A stretch of 64,000 nucleotides of DNA from Leucoraja ocellata (taxonomy: Eukaryota), in the NCBI GenBank assembly GCA_036785375.1, contig JAWMAR010000034.1:10974001-11038000 (forward strand), given 5' to 3'. Below are positions 26,835 to 39,354 of this stretch, piece by piece (the first letter of the stretch is position 1; every line of letters starts with the position of its first letter). Under the pieces are notes generated by a model, which did no database searches, was not told the origin of the DNA, and saw nothing but the letters and a program-made list of their open reading frames with translations. The translations under genes were made by a program, and so were the position numbers.

Positions 26835-26964
26835 TTCTTTTTTCCAACTTGCTTAATTATAAACATTATTAGCTTTTTAATAATAAATAATAGAATGAGG
26901 AGTCCTATCACTCCTCCGACAATGGAAGCAATGAGAACTGTCAATTTGTTGTCCACTGGTAACA
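26835..26964 (-). CDS. SCN4B: SCN4B exon 4 (transmembrane helix and cytoplasmic KKLIxF segment)
   Basis: tttcag acceptor and gtaagt donor; LLPVDNKLTVLIASIVGGVIGLLILLFIIKKLIMFIIKQVGKK. Confidence 0.95.
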
Positions 26965-27279
26965 CTGAAATACAAAGAAGAGTTTTACAAATTAGTGCAG
27001 TTTCAGCAGTAGTGTGCTGTGCGTACACAAGTAGAGTGCGGTTGGTTACAAGAGGGGCAAGAGAGGGAGTAAGATGCTGTTTGCGATGACAGTGTAATGG
27101 CCAGTGTTTCAGTACCAGACCGCTGGATCCACAAGTCATGGGATCGAGTCTACTCTGGCATTCAATCATGGCTGATCTATCTTTCCCTCTCAACCCCATT
27201 CTCCTGCCTTCTCCCCGTAACCCCCAACACACTTGTACTAATCAAGTATTTGTCAATCTCCGCTTTTGTTACTGATGGG

Positions 27280-27545
27280 GACCAACCAGATCTCCCAGTT
27301 GTCAGAAACTTTAATTCCCCGTCCCATTCCCACACAGACCTTTCTGTCCTAGATCTCCTCCATTGTCAGAGTGAGGCTAAACGCAAATGGGAGAAACAGC
27401 ATCTCATATTTGGCTTGAGCAGTGGTATGAGTATTGACCTCTCACTTCAGGTAGCCCCAGCATTCCCTCTCTCTCTCTATCCCTCCCCCACACAAGTCAC
27501 ACTAGCTCCTCATTTTCACCCAACAAACAGCTTACAATGGCCCAA
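27280..27545 (+). mobile_element. Degenerate Penelope GIY-YIG/pLTR fragment
   Basis: DLPVVRNFNSPSHSHTDLSVLDLLHCQSEAKRKWEKQHLIF, homologous to the PLE C-terminus at 6370-6556. Confidence 0.85.
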
Positions 27546-27809
27546 CTGGAAGACCATGTCATTGGCCTGGGATAGTTCAGATAAGGTGACAATGTGTGCT
27601 TCATCAGCTGCAAGATAATCACCAGGTAGATCTTTGCCCATGTTGGACCTCTTGCAGGGACTAGAGTCAATGTTGCTCAGGTCTCAATTATACACCACCA
27701 TCATGTCCCTTCTGTTGGATCTGCCTTACAATTGGGACAGGGGACACCAGGAGTTTGTAAAGGCAATGGATAAAAGGCATGAATTTCTGACTATATCAGC
27801 TTGGTAATA

Positions 27810-28560
27810 GAGTCATTGAGCCATACAGCATGGAAACAGGTCCTTCAGCCCAACTCATCCATACCAACCAAGATGCCCCATCTAAACTGCTTTGAATTGC
27901 CTGTATTTGGTCCATATCCCTCCAAACCTTTCCTATCCATGTTCCTGTCCAAGTATATTTCAAATATTGTTATCATACCAGCCTCAACTACCTCCTCTGG
28001 CAGCTCATTCGATATACCCACCACCCTCTGAATGAAATACTTGCCCCCCATTAGTTCCTATTAAATCATACCTCTCTCACCTTAACCTATGTCCTTGGTG
28101 TTTGATCTCCGTACCTGTGTAAATGACTATGTGAAAAATCCTTTCATCATTTTATATACCTTGATAAGATCACCCATCAACCTCTTGTGCTCCAAGGAAT
28201 TAAGTCTTAGTTTGCCCAATATCTCCCTATAGCTCAGCTCCTCAAATCCTGACAAAGGTGTTGTAAATCATCTCTGCACCCTTTCCAGTTTAATGACATC
28301 TTTCCTCTAGCTGGGTGGCTAAAACTGGACACAATACTCCAGATGCAGCATCGCCAATGTCTTGTAACACTGTGACATAATGTCCCAACTTCTATACTCA
28401 ATACCTTAACTGAAGGTCAGTATATCAAAAGCCTTCTTTACCATCCCATCTACTTGCGACACCATGTTCAGGGAACAGTACACCTGTACTAGAACCCCTC
28501 TGCTCACCAACACTAACCAGGGCCGACCATTCCCTGTGAAGGACATCCCCTGGTTTGGTT
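27810..28560 (-). mobile_element. Old CR1 fragment
   Basis: QRVVGISNELPEEVVEAG on the minus strand, with degenerate RT sequence upstream. Confidence 0.8.
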
Positions 28561-28896
28561 TCTAACATGTGGGATTGCATGACAAATGTTGGCAGGACCC
28601 TGGGATGAAGAGGATAGCTCAGCAGGGTTGACTGAGTTGGACATCAGCAGTGTGTGTGCCTTTCCTTGCTCCCCCCCTCCCCCCTCCCCCCCCACCATGT
28701 TGCTAGTAAATCTACATTATTGACCTCGTCGATGCCCCAGCTTTGAATGTTCATTCGCAGCATCTCACTCAATGTTATTTGAGACAGTGTCGAGTCATTG
28801 ATTGTTTGAACTAATGTCCACCAGATTGAAGGTGAGATGCCATCTAAATATAATGTTTGTGTTGTCAATCATCTCAAGAAACATCAGTGTACTTAC

Positions 28897-29110
28897 ATTC
28901 ACTGACCACAAACAGCTCCAGTGTGGAATTGGCTTGTTGGTAAGCTTCATTAGGGTTTTTGAAGTGGCACGTGTAAAGGCCTGTGTCTTCAAATTCCACT
29001 TCCTCCAGTAAAAGGGAGATATTCTTTCTTTTAATGTCCCCGATGAGCATGAATCTGTCTATTTCTGTAGTGACAGTGGGCCTCTTTCCTGTTAGTTTGA
29101 TAAAAATAAT
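28897..29110 (-). CDS. SCN4B: SCN4B exon 3 (Ig V-set, second half)
   Basis: tgcag acceptor and gtaagt donor; NISLLLEEVEFEDTGLYTCHFKNP. Confidence 0.95.
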
Positions 29111-29559
29111 CTGCACAGAAGAGAACGGTAGTTAAAGACTTATTGGAACCAAGAGAGTTATTTTATTTCCACTCTCCCTCCCCCATGAATCCATACCTAA
29201 GGAAAATAAACAGGTTTCTCCAGCACCCTTCAAAACATCAGCATGTCGCGATCTGTTGCACAGTCAATGATGGACTTGTGAAGTGCATCAATATTGCCAT
29301 GGAAAAATAACTAAGTCCCCAATGTGTATGCAGCAAATCCTGCTCTCACCAGCGTGACATGGACTTAGGGCATCAGTCTCAGTCAAGCTCAGCTCCCACC
29401 TGACACCACACACAAATCAACAACTAGAAGCCTTCACCCCAAAAGCATTAACATTGAATTCTCTAATTCAGGACAAAGCCCCTCCTCAACACCCCCCATC
29501 CTCCACTGACTGCGCGCACACCATTCTACCACGGACCCATCACCCAACTCCTTCTTCCT

Positions 29560-30090
29560 TCCACTCATCTCCTTTAAACATTGCCCTTTCACCTTAAAGC
29601 AATGCTCTTTTCACATTTCAACACTGGGGAATAGGTCCTGACTGTCAACCCTATCTGTGGCTCTCATCATTTGTATATACTTCTGTCTCACCTCAACCTC
29701 TGATGTTCCGGAGAAAACAATCCACATTTATCCAACCTCTCGTTATAGGTAATAAGCTCTAGTCCAAGCAGCATCTGCACCTTCTCCAAATCACCCACAT
29801 CATTCTATCATGGAGTGACCAGAACTGCCCACTATGCTCCAAATGTAGTTTAAACAAGTTCCATAGAGCTACAACATGACTTCTTGAGCCTCATACTCAA
29901 TGGCCCAACTAATGAAGGCCAGCCTTACATGTCTACTAGACCCACCACAGCTACTGGTCTGGCCACTTTCTGGGAGCTATGGATTTGGACCCCAAGATCC
30001 CTCAGCATCAATGCTGTTCAGGTTCCTGCCATTCACTTTACATTCAACCTCCCAAAGTGCAGTTCCACACAGTTCCGCAGATTAATTTCC
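29560..30090 (-). mobile_element. Old CR1 fragment
   Basis: Degenerate CR1 ORF2 3' region on the minus strand. Confidence 0.6.
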
Positions 30091-30354
30091 AAATGTGATT
30101 TCAGCTCTGCCTCAACAACAGACACACTAACAACTCATCCACAGTTGACATTAGATCAGATGGTTTTAGTTTCAACACAGTAAGTTGGTAGTAGGCAATG
30201 GAATTGAGAATAGTAAGCAGTGTGAGGTGGAGACTGAGTCACAGAATGCCTTTCCTTTGTTGATGAAACTGTCTCTCCCTCTAAAACACCCGCTGTCATT
30301 TGTTGTGCTTAGTGAATTCTACAATGAGCGTGGAAATGAAGGTCCAATGCTCAC

Positions 30355-30533
30355 TCTCTCTGCCGGTGCTGTTTTATTTTTCTGGAAACTCCACCAGAAG
30401 GAGGAGTCGGAGTAATCCATGCAGCTGGAGAACGTGCAGGGGAGCATAACGTCGCTGCCATTCAAGACCGTAATGGTTGGCAACTTCCCAATGTTCACCT
30501 CAACCCCGGAAACCTGGTGCAATTGAACGAAAC
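30355..30533 (-). CDS. SCN4B: SCN4B exon 2 (Ig V-set, first half)
   Basis: (CT)n tract + ggcag acceptor, gtgagc donor; VEVNIGK...LNGSDVMLPCTFSSC. Confidence 0.95.
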
Positions 30534-30536
30534 CTG

Positions 30537-30538
<2 letters not shown>

Positions 30539-30568
<30 letters not shown>
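30539..30568. repeat. (GA)n microsatellite forming the polypyrimidine tract of SCN4B exon 2
   Basis: Directly adjacent to the acceptor at 30534-30535. Confidence 0.9.
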
Positions 30569-30574
<6 letters not shown>

Positions 30575-31671
30575 CGTTAAAACACCACATTGACACCGTT
30601 CCTCTGCTCTCACTAATTTCATACCTGCCAGCCCCGTGAAGAGATGTCTACTCATGCTTCAGAAGCCCCGTTGTCACAAGCTCTCTCGTGCCTTGATAAT
30701 GATGTCCCAGTGGGACTCAGGGACATAGGTGACTTCTTGCAGCTCAGTTTAATTTACTTTAGATACAGCTAATGTAACAAATTTACATAAAGTCCCTGTG
30801 ATTGAAATGAATTAAAAATATTAGGATGAAATAAAATGAAAAAGAAAAGGAGCCCGTGTTTACCTTTGCAGTGATGTTGTGTAAATGGATGGTCTGTCCC
30901 ACATGGACCTGGCGTGATTGGTTAAATGATACAGATCTGCATGTGAAGGGCATCCTGCCCCTCAGCTTCTATGAGGCTGGCAGAAGGGTGACAGGGCAGG
31001 TGTGTTGGCATCTGATCTCCAGTTTCTTCCAAATGCTCTTGTAGCAAAGCTGAGCGGTGGAATTCGAAGGTAAATATACCTACTGGCGATTGTCTCTGCA
31101 GCTTGTGTGTAGGGAGGAACTGCACGCTGGTTTGCCCCCAAAAAGCTGGAGTAACTCAGCGGGACAGGCAGAATCGCTGGAGAGAAGGAATGGGTGACGT
31201 TTCAGGTCAGACAGAAGAAACGTCACCCATTCCTTCTCTCCAGAGATGCTGCCTGTCCCGCTGAGTTACTCCAGCATTTTGTATCCACCTTCTTGCCTCT
31301 ACAGCTGCCTCAGTCCTCGGTGGAGCACAGCTGTAGATTACTGAGGAGGCATTAATCTCTGTGACAACAGAATGTAGCTTTAAATTCTTCATCAGAGTAA
31401 GAACTTGTCAACGAGTTCCGGGATTACTCAGCAAGATAAGGAATACACACACTATGCAGACAGATCACGTTGAAGGTAAGAATTATTCACATGCAACCTG
31501 TACTAAATTGCAGACATAAGCAGGATAAGAATTGCACATTGTGCTAATAATTCCCAGCTCTCAATTACTTGGAAGTGTAAGCATTATTCACAGTGTAGTT
31601 TACATTAGTTATTGAGGTGTTTACAATAAAAGGTTTAGAACATTTTGCATGTTAAGAAAATAACCTGAGCC

Positions 31672-31962
31672 CAGTGGCACAGTGGGTAGAGTTGCTGCCT
31701 CACAGCACCAGAGACCCAGGTCCCATCCTGACCACGGGTGTTGTCTGTGTGGAGTTTGCACGTTCTCACTGGGACGGCATTATTTTCCTCTGGCTTCTCC
31801 AGATTCCCCCCCCCCCCCCCCACATCCAAAATACGTGCAGGTTAATTGCCCCCAATGTGTATGATGTGAATGAAAAAGTGGGATAACATAGAACTAGTGT
31901 GAATGGTGAATAGTGTGAATATCGGCGTGGCATCAGTGAGCTGAAGGGCCAAGTATCTCTAA
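31672..31962 (+). mobile_element. HE1-like V-SINE
   Basis: gtggcacagtgggtagagttgctgcctcacagcaccagagaccc...tgtgtggagtttgcacgttctc...gaagggcc tail. Confidence 0.75.
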
Positions 31963-32142
31963 ACCAATGACTCCTGGTGTAACTGACAGAGCTTTGTTTC
32001 TATGGTGAACTAATGGCACAGGACAGGTGTTATGGAACGGCAGGTTAGAAGTGAGATAAGCAAGTTTGATACAAGTCCCTCTGGGTTACGGACATCTGAC
32101 TGGTGGACATACTGGGCCATCAAATATGTAACTGAGACCAGC

Positions 32143-32335
32143 TGGGGATGGGGATGGGAATGGGGGAGTAGAGGGGGGGGGGGTGGGTGGGGCTGGGGAA
32201 GGGGAGGGGAGGAGGGTGGAGATGTGGGGGAGGTGGAGGGGGTGGGGCTGGGGAGGGGGGTTGGATGGGGATGTGGGGACGTGGGGGAAGGGAGGGGGAC
32301 GTGGGGGAGGGGAGGGGAAGGTGCGGGTTGGGATG
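32143..32335. repeat. G-rich low-complexity tract
   Basis: Many consecutive G3+ runs. Confidence 0.85.
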
Positions 32336-32498
32336 GCTCTGCCGGTGTTGGAGGGCTGCAGGCATCTTCTGCCGGATGGGACCAGCCCGGCTGAAACATT
32401 CACAGCCGCAACATGCATTAGGATATTTGGGTCATTACTCCACTCGCTGATCAGGATAACAAATATCCAGAAGGACCTCACTGAATGATATGTATAAT

Positions 32499-32707
32499 GT
32501 GTAGAAAGATGCTGGTTTTCACCAAACATAGGCACAAAATTCTGGAGGAACTCAGCGAAACAGGCAGCAACTCTGGAGAGGAGTGGGTGACGTTTTGGGT
32601 CAAGACCCTTTTTCAGACTCATCTCAACCCGAAATGTCACCCACTCCTTCTATCCAGGGAGGCTGCCTGTCCCGCTGAGTTACAACAGCATTTTGTGTCT
32701 ATCTCCG
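32499..32707. mobile_element. Palindromic PLE-pLTR/hammerhead element with 14-bp TSD
   Basis: Inverted arms meet at the hammerhead. TSD atgatatgtataat at 32485-32498 and 32708-32721. Confidence 0.8.
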
Positions 32708-33334
32708 ATGATATGTATAATATTTATTTTTCAGATGACAATCTACCAATGGTTCACAACATACACACTATGGAGATGTGAACTTATGACCCTGTAGTAT
32801 TATAGACCATTATGTCCATTATAGAGTGTTATAGAGACCATTGTGGAGCATCATGTCCTGCAATGCTGAGTTAGAAGGTGAAGAATTACATGAAGACTAG
32901 GCTTGCCCTGTCCAGTGCTGTCCATACAGAGTGATCTCAGAATCCTTATTTTAGGTGAAATATCCAATCAGTCATCTGCCCTCTTAGATGAAAGGGAAGT
33001 TCATCAACGGCACTTCCAAGACCTGAGTATTTCCCCAGTGTCCCCGACATCATTTATTCTTCAAGCAATATCACGAAACATAAATCATCTCCTTGGTGTT
33101 GCTGAGTTCACTTTGGCTATTATGTTTCCAACATTACAACATTGATTAAACATAAAAAACACATCACTGGATAGAAACTAATTTGGGTCATCGTGTGATT
33201 ATGAAACATGCCTTGCAAATGCATATACTTTCTTTCAATAGCACAAATAAAATCATTATTCAAACCTGGATTCATGGATAGCATTCCTGATCCAGGATAG
33301 ATGTATCCCACTAATACAGGTTTGTGCTGGAGTT

Positions 33335-33652
33335 GGATGAGAACTCCTGAACAAGGGGTCACAGTTTAAGGATAAAGGGGAAATCTTTGAGGACTGAGAT
33401 GAGAAAAAAAAAATTCACGCAGAGAGTGGTGAATCTGTGGAATTCTCTGCCACAGAAGGTAGTTGAGGTCACAGTTCATTGGCTATATTTAAGAGGGAGT
33501 TAGATGTGACCCTTGTGGCTAAAGGGATCAGGGGGTATGGAGAGAAGGCAGGTACAGGATACTGAGTTGGATGATCATATTGAATGGCGGTGCAGGTTCG
33601 AAGGGCCGAATGGCCTACTCCTGCACCTATTTTCTATGTTTCTATGCTTCTA
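33335..33652 (+). mobile_element. CR1 3' fragment
   Basis: Same subfamily as 41983-43590; (tttctatg)n tail. Confidence 0.88.
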
Positions 33653-36429
33653 TGGGATGCAGCCTTATTGGGGATGAGGTATGAATCCGCGGCACAGGAA
33701 CGTTTCGGAAGCACAGACTGCACGAGGCTCCAACAAGCCAGGCGGCCACAGCAAGCCTGACCATCTCAGTCAACATTACTGTCAACCACTTACTGTAGTT
33801 GAGCTGCCCTCTCCTGCACCAGGTTCCATTATGGAACAGGAACGCATGGTCTATTCCATCTCTCCCCCTCAGCTTGCATCAACTCTACATTGCCTCACTA
33901 CCTTTCTTTCATCTACAATCATGTTCCTTTCAAAGACGTACAGCTATCTGCTTAATATTCCGCAATACACTCCTAAAGGGACGCTGGCAAGCCCAGGGTC
34001 ACTCTGTGCAGTTACAGATTTCCTCAGTGCCAGTACCATGAATGCCTGCTCTTGTCGAATGCTAAAATTAGCTAACTGCAACGGGCATGCGAGGGAGTGG
34101 GTGAAGAGTGAAGGTTAAACAGTGACTCACTGCCCCTTGTTGTCATCCAACAACTCTCACTAGGAAAGTACACATGCACTAACTCACAATCATGTTTTAA
34201 CTCATACAGCAGAAGACTATTCAATCTATTGGACTTTCTCTACACGTTCAAACTCCCCTCCGCTCTTTTCAAGTCAGGTTTATTGTCACAAGCCCAAGTA
34301 CATAAGGTCATAGGTTCTAGGAGCAGAATGAGGCCATTCGGCCCATTGAGTGGACTCCAACATTCAATCATGACCAATCTATCTTTCCCTCTCAAACCCA
34401 TTCTCCTGCCTTCTCCCCGTAACCTCTGACACCCGAACTAATCAAGAATCGATCAATTTCTGCCTGAACAATGTCCATTGACTTGGCCTCCACAGCCTTC
34501 TGTGGCAATGAATTCCACAGATTCACCACCTGCTACAGGTACAGTGAAACATCTGAGCCAAAGACAAAGGGCTGGAGGACCTCAGCATAAATCGCATTGA
34601 GTTCCTCCAGCACTTTGATTTGTTCCCCAAGATTACGGCATCAGATGCTTCTTGTGTCTACAACAAAGATCTTACACGCAACAAGCACAGAACACATAAA
34701 ATATACATACATTACATATGAAATCTGCAAGTCAGTAACGTGAAATGGTATAATAAAAACAAGGTGTTAATGCAAAATACATTAGAAAACAAGTCTATGG
34801 TAGTACGAGAGGTGGGTCATAATATTCCATTGCCACAACAACATTAGAGTTGTGAGCTCTGTATTTCCCTCTGATATCACTGAATTTGCACTGATTTCTC
34901 TGTATTTCCCTCTGAATCCCCTGATTTCACTGAATATACTACTGATCGCTGCCAGAAATTAAACATTATCATCAATTACCCCCCCCCCAGGATTGTGGTA
35001 AAAACTTGGACCAAATTATCCAAACTTTTTACTTAGACCTGTGCCACTGGATCTCACAATCTGTGAAAATCCCTCTCCAAGAATGATCAAGATTCACACA
35101 TTGTTAATGTTGACAAATCATGATTCTCTGATTTAGGATTTATTGAACACTAGATCAGCAGTCCTTTCCAAAACTATTGACCCTCAAGGCTCATACAACA
35201 CAAACACCAGCAACGTACATTTATATAAAGCCTTGAACATGGGGGGGAGGGGGGGGGGGATCACTGGAGGATTAGTAGAAACATTTATACCAAGCCTTAT
35301 TTGGTCACAAAAAGTAAGTTTTTAAAAGCATGGTAAAGGCGGATGGAGCGATAGGGATTTTAGTCTTCAGGCCATGCGTCCAGTCACAGGTCACCAATGG
35401 TCAAGTGATCAAAATGGGAGATGTACCAGGTGGTAGATTTGGGATGAAGATGGAATCACAGTCTCACCAGGGACCAATTTACTGTTGTGTTGTTTTAAAA
35501 TTGCTGGGGGTTTTTTCTAATATGTAAATACTAATTCTGTTCCGTTCTGTTCTGTAGTTTTTGCACAGTCCGCGGGCATTGCCACTTTCATTTCACTGCA
35601 CATCTTGTATGTGTATGTGACAAATTAACTTGACTTGACTTATCAGGGTAAAGCAGATCATAGGAATTGTGGATGTCATGATTGTAATCATGTACACTGA
35701 GTCTTTCTGCTGACGCTAACACACAACAGAAGCTTTTTATTGTACCTCAGTACACGTGACAATAAACTAAAACTGAACTGAACAGAGTTATTTGGGCAGA
35801 AGATGGGCATAGAATCCATTTGGCCAAACCCCTAGGGCTGGTCGCCACTCACCTTGGTGACAAGTGTTAGATGTCTTCCAGACTTACAGACAACCATGAA
35901 CAAAACAAACAAACGGGCAGAGTGAGGCCACAAAGCAAGTACTCCTGCAGCAGCAGATGGCACTGAAGAAGGATCTCGACCCGAAACATCACCCATTCCT
36001 TCTCTCCAGAAATGCTGCCTGTCCCGCTGAGTTACTCCAGCATTTTGTGTCTACCTTCGGTTTGAACCAGCACCTGCAGTTTCTTCCGACGCAATCTCTT
36101 TATTTTGTTATAAAACGAATTGAAACTGGCCTCTCCTTCCTACCATGCAGGGGGTTTGCGCTGTCTGAATCAAAGAGTATGGTCTGAATTGCCAACGAGT
36201 GCCGCCTGCCTGGTCGATAGCGGCAAACGTAAACGGCCTCGTCAGTGAAGGAAGACTCAGGATTTGGCACAAGTGAATGTTAAATTATTATATTATATAA
36301 CATGGAGCATATGGACCGTGAATATAGAACATCCACTGTGTTTCAAGACCAAAGCCTTTATTTCCATCCAAGTCTAGCTATCTCTCACCTTCCCCAAACT
36401 CAATCCTGGATTTTATTACAAGCTGCCAA

Positions 36430-37780
36430 TTCTGCAAGAGGCGCGGGTTGGGGTCCGCTCAGCAGAGGTCAGTGCGGAGAGGCCGAGGCCGAGGCCGAAT
36501 GGCCGCGTTGGGACTTAACCCGGGTTATTTGTGGTTGTAGCGGGGCTGGGCTGCGGGACTCCCCGGGCCGGGAACAAACTTACAGCCCGCACCCGCCCCA
36601 CGAGAACTTTGGCCAAAGTTACTGAGACTTCATCAAATGGAGAGATATTCTGATCTAAACCCCCATCCAGACACAAACCCAAACTAAAGTGATCTATCAC
36701 AAACGGCCCAATGGCCAAGGCGGGCGGCCAGTGACCATCAACAAACATGCTGTGTGTAGCCAGGGTGGTAAACGGATCAAGGGACTCTTGGTCGCTGCCT
36801 TACCCGTCAAGAGAACCAGCAACAAGGCGCTGGGGGGTATTTTGTGGGGGCTGTCGGCAGCTCCTGATGCTGTGGCCATTCTGCAGCACAGACACGGGGC
36901 AGCACTAGCGGATGCTCGGCCCTACACGTGGAGCCTAGCCCCGGAGCCGACAAGCAGGGCGCTGGGTTGGGCTGCGGATGTCCCGTTAGTTGTAGAGAAC
37001 TCGCTGTCTCTCCGCTCTCTCCTGCCGCTGTATCCGCTGTATGTATCCCAGAGTCGGCGCACACTGCGGAACTGTGAGCGGACTTCACGATGTGCTGTGC
37101 GATTCTGCATTGCAGTCACACCGCTGCTGTCGTCATCACCCACATAGGCTGGGCTAAAGACCAGCCCTGCAGCCCTGCAACCCTGCAGCCCGCTACACTC
37201 ACTACTAGCGACCCCTCCCTCATACAACACAGACTGTACATGCACCAGCCCCGCTACACACGCATCCCCCATACATGACACAGCCCGGGGGCAGAGATTA
37301 CAAATGATTACACAAGTTATAAAACTTTGTCAACTTTCCCGCAACTTGGTGTGATGTGGGTGCGGCCAATCTGAGCTTTCCCCGCTCTCCCCTGTAGGTC
37401 AGCGCTCCTGCAGTTACCCCGAGTCATCCAGTGGCAAATGTTTCATGAGGTGTTTATCCCCCCAACTCCCCCCCACCCCCCCCCCCCCCCCCCTCTCTCT
37501 GACAACGCGGGGACCATATTTGCCCTGGCAGCGAATGCTGGGGCAGCGAGTGTTTAGACGCAGGCTGGAGGTTCCTTCAGCAGGGCTGGTGTAGTCTCGG
37601 CGCTGCCTGTACTAGCCGTGTTCATGTACATCTGTACGCACAGCCCTTTACACCGACTCCTTGCAGAAGTGGAGACGCAAGGAACTGCAGATGCCGGAGC
37701 CTTGAGCAAAACACAAAACGCTGCAGGAGCCCAGCGGCGTCAGGCAGCGTCTGTGGAGGGAGTGTTTCGGGTCGGCAGCT
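36430..37780 (-). promoter_or_regulatory. CpG-rich region spanning SCN4B exon 1 and probable promoter
   Basis: Visibly CpG/GC-rich relative to the CpG-depleted flanks. TSS not determined. Confidence 0.55.
36804..36879 (-). CDS. SCN4B: SCN4B exon 1 coding part (signal peptide)
   Basis: MATASGAADSPHKIPPSALLLVLLT-G with a phase-1 gtaagg donor. The five exons sum to 687 nt = 228 aa + stop. Confidence 0.85.
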
Positions 37781-37984
37781 TTCTTTAGATTCATTCAGGT
37801 GGAAGAGAGGTGAGGTTAGGACAAAGCCCGGCAAGTGATAGATGGAGAAACAGGGAACTTTGTAAACCAGCATCTGCAGTCCTTATAGAAACACGTTCCC
37901 TGTCCACGTTCTCCAGAGACACTGCCCGACCTGCTGAGGAGCACGGAGGAGAATTCCTTCAAAGAGTCTCGACTTCATAACAAG

Positions 37985-38590
37985 AGCAGTCGAGTACAGG
38001 AGCAAATAGGTCCTTCTGCAGTTGTACAGGGTCCTAGTGAGACCACACCTGGAGTATTGTGTGCAGTTTTGCTCCCCTAATTTGAGGAAGGACAATCTTG
38101 CTATTGAGGGAGCCCAGTGTAGGTTTACAAGGTTAATTCCCGGGATGGCGGGACTGTCATATGTTGAGAGAATGCAGCGGCTGGGCTTGTATACTCTGGA
38201 ATTTAGAAGGATGAGAGGGCATCTTATTGAAACATGTAAGATTATTAAGGGTTTGGACACGCTAGAGGCAGGAAATATGTTCCCGATGTTGGGGGAGTCC
38301 AGAACCAGGGGCCACAGTTTAAGAATAAGGGGTAAGCCATTTAGAACGGAGACGAGGAAACACTTTGTCTCACAGAGAGTTGTAGGTCTGGAATTCTCTG
38401 CCTCAGAGGGTGGTGGAGGCTGGTTCTCTGGATACTTTCAAGAGAAAGCTAGATAGGCTCTTAAAGATAGCAGAGTCAGGAGATATGGGGAGAAGGCAGG
38501 AACGGGGTACTGATTGGGGATGATCACATTGAATGGCGGTGCTGGCTCGAAGGTCCGAATGGCCTACTTCTGCACCTATTGTCTATTGAC
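37985..38590 (+). mobile_element. CR1 3' fragment
   Basis: YRVLVRPHLEYCVQF...RTRGHSLRI. Confidence 0.9.
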
Positions 38591-38995
38591 ATGAAATGTC
38601 ACCATTCCTTCTCTCCAGAGATGCTGCTGTCCCGCTGAGTTACTCCCAACTTTGTGTCTGTCTAAGGAATTTCAGATACCAAAAAGACACCAAGTGCTGG
38701 AGTAACTCAGAGGCTTGGGCAGCAACTCTGGAGAACATGGCTAGATGTTCTGACTGAAGGAGGGTCTCAACCCGAAACGTCACCTATCCATGTTCTCCAC
38801 AGATGCTGCCTGACCAGATGAGTTACTCCAGCAACTTGTTCTAGAAGGGAATATCTTTTATTGGCTTCAGGTTTGACAGAGAAACAATCTAGAATTCATT
38901 AGCGAATGGACTAAAACTGTTGCATCATTGGCACCAACAACTCCAGTGAAATTTCAGTGATATATACTTAATAGGTTGTTGCAGAGACAAATGTA

Positions 38996-39354
38996 GAGTT
39001 AGAGTGATACAGCGTGGAACTAGGACCTTTGTCCAAACCTGCCCACACCGGCCAACATGCCCCAGCTACACTAGTCCCACCTGCCCGCGTTAGGTCCATA
39101 TCCCTCCAAACATGTCCTATCCATGTACCTGTCTAGCTGTTTCTTAAAAGTTGGGATAGTCCCAGCCTCAACTACCTCCTCCGGCAGCTTGTTCCATGCA
39201 CCCACCACCCTTTGTGTGAAAAAGTTACCCCTCGGATTCCTATTAAATGTTTCCCCCTTCACCTTAAACCTGTGCCCTCTGGTTCTCGATTCCCCTACTC
39301 TGGGCAAGAGACTCTGTGCATCTACCCGATCTATCCCTCTCATGACCTTACACA
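38996..39354 (-). mobile_element. CR1 3' fragment (part of duplicated composite)
   Basis: SRTRGHRFKV...FFTQRVVGAWNKLP on the minus strand. Confidence 0.9.

Noticed and set aside
32010-32640. Pro/Gly-rich ORFs (also 48818-49399)
   Set aside because: Low-complexity G/C tracts that lack stop codons by composition.
36807-37281. Longer ORFs as SCN4B exon 1 or uORFs
   Set aside because: No signal-peptide character or compatible donor. The 36879 ATG gives the right phase and a 228-aa protein, and uORF status needs a known TSS.
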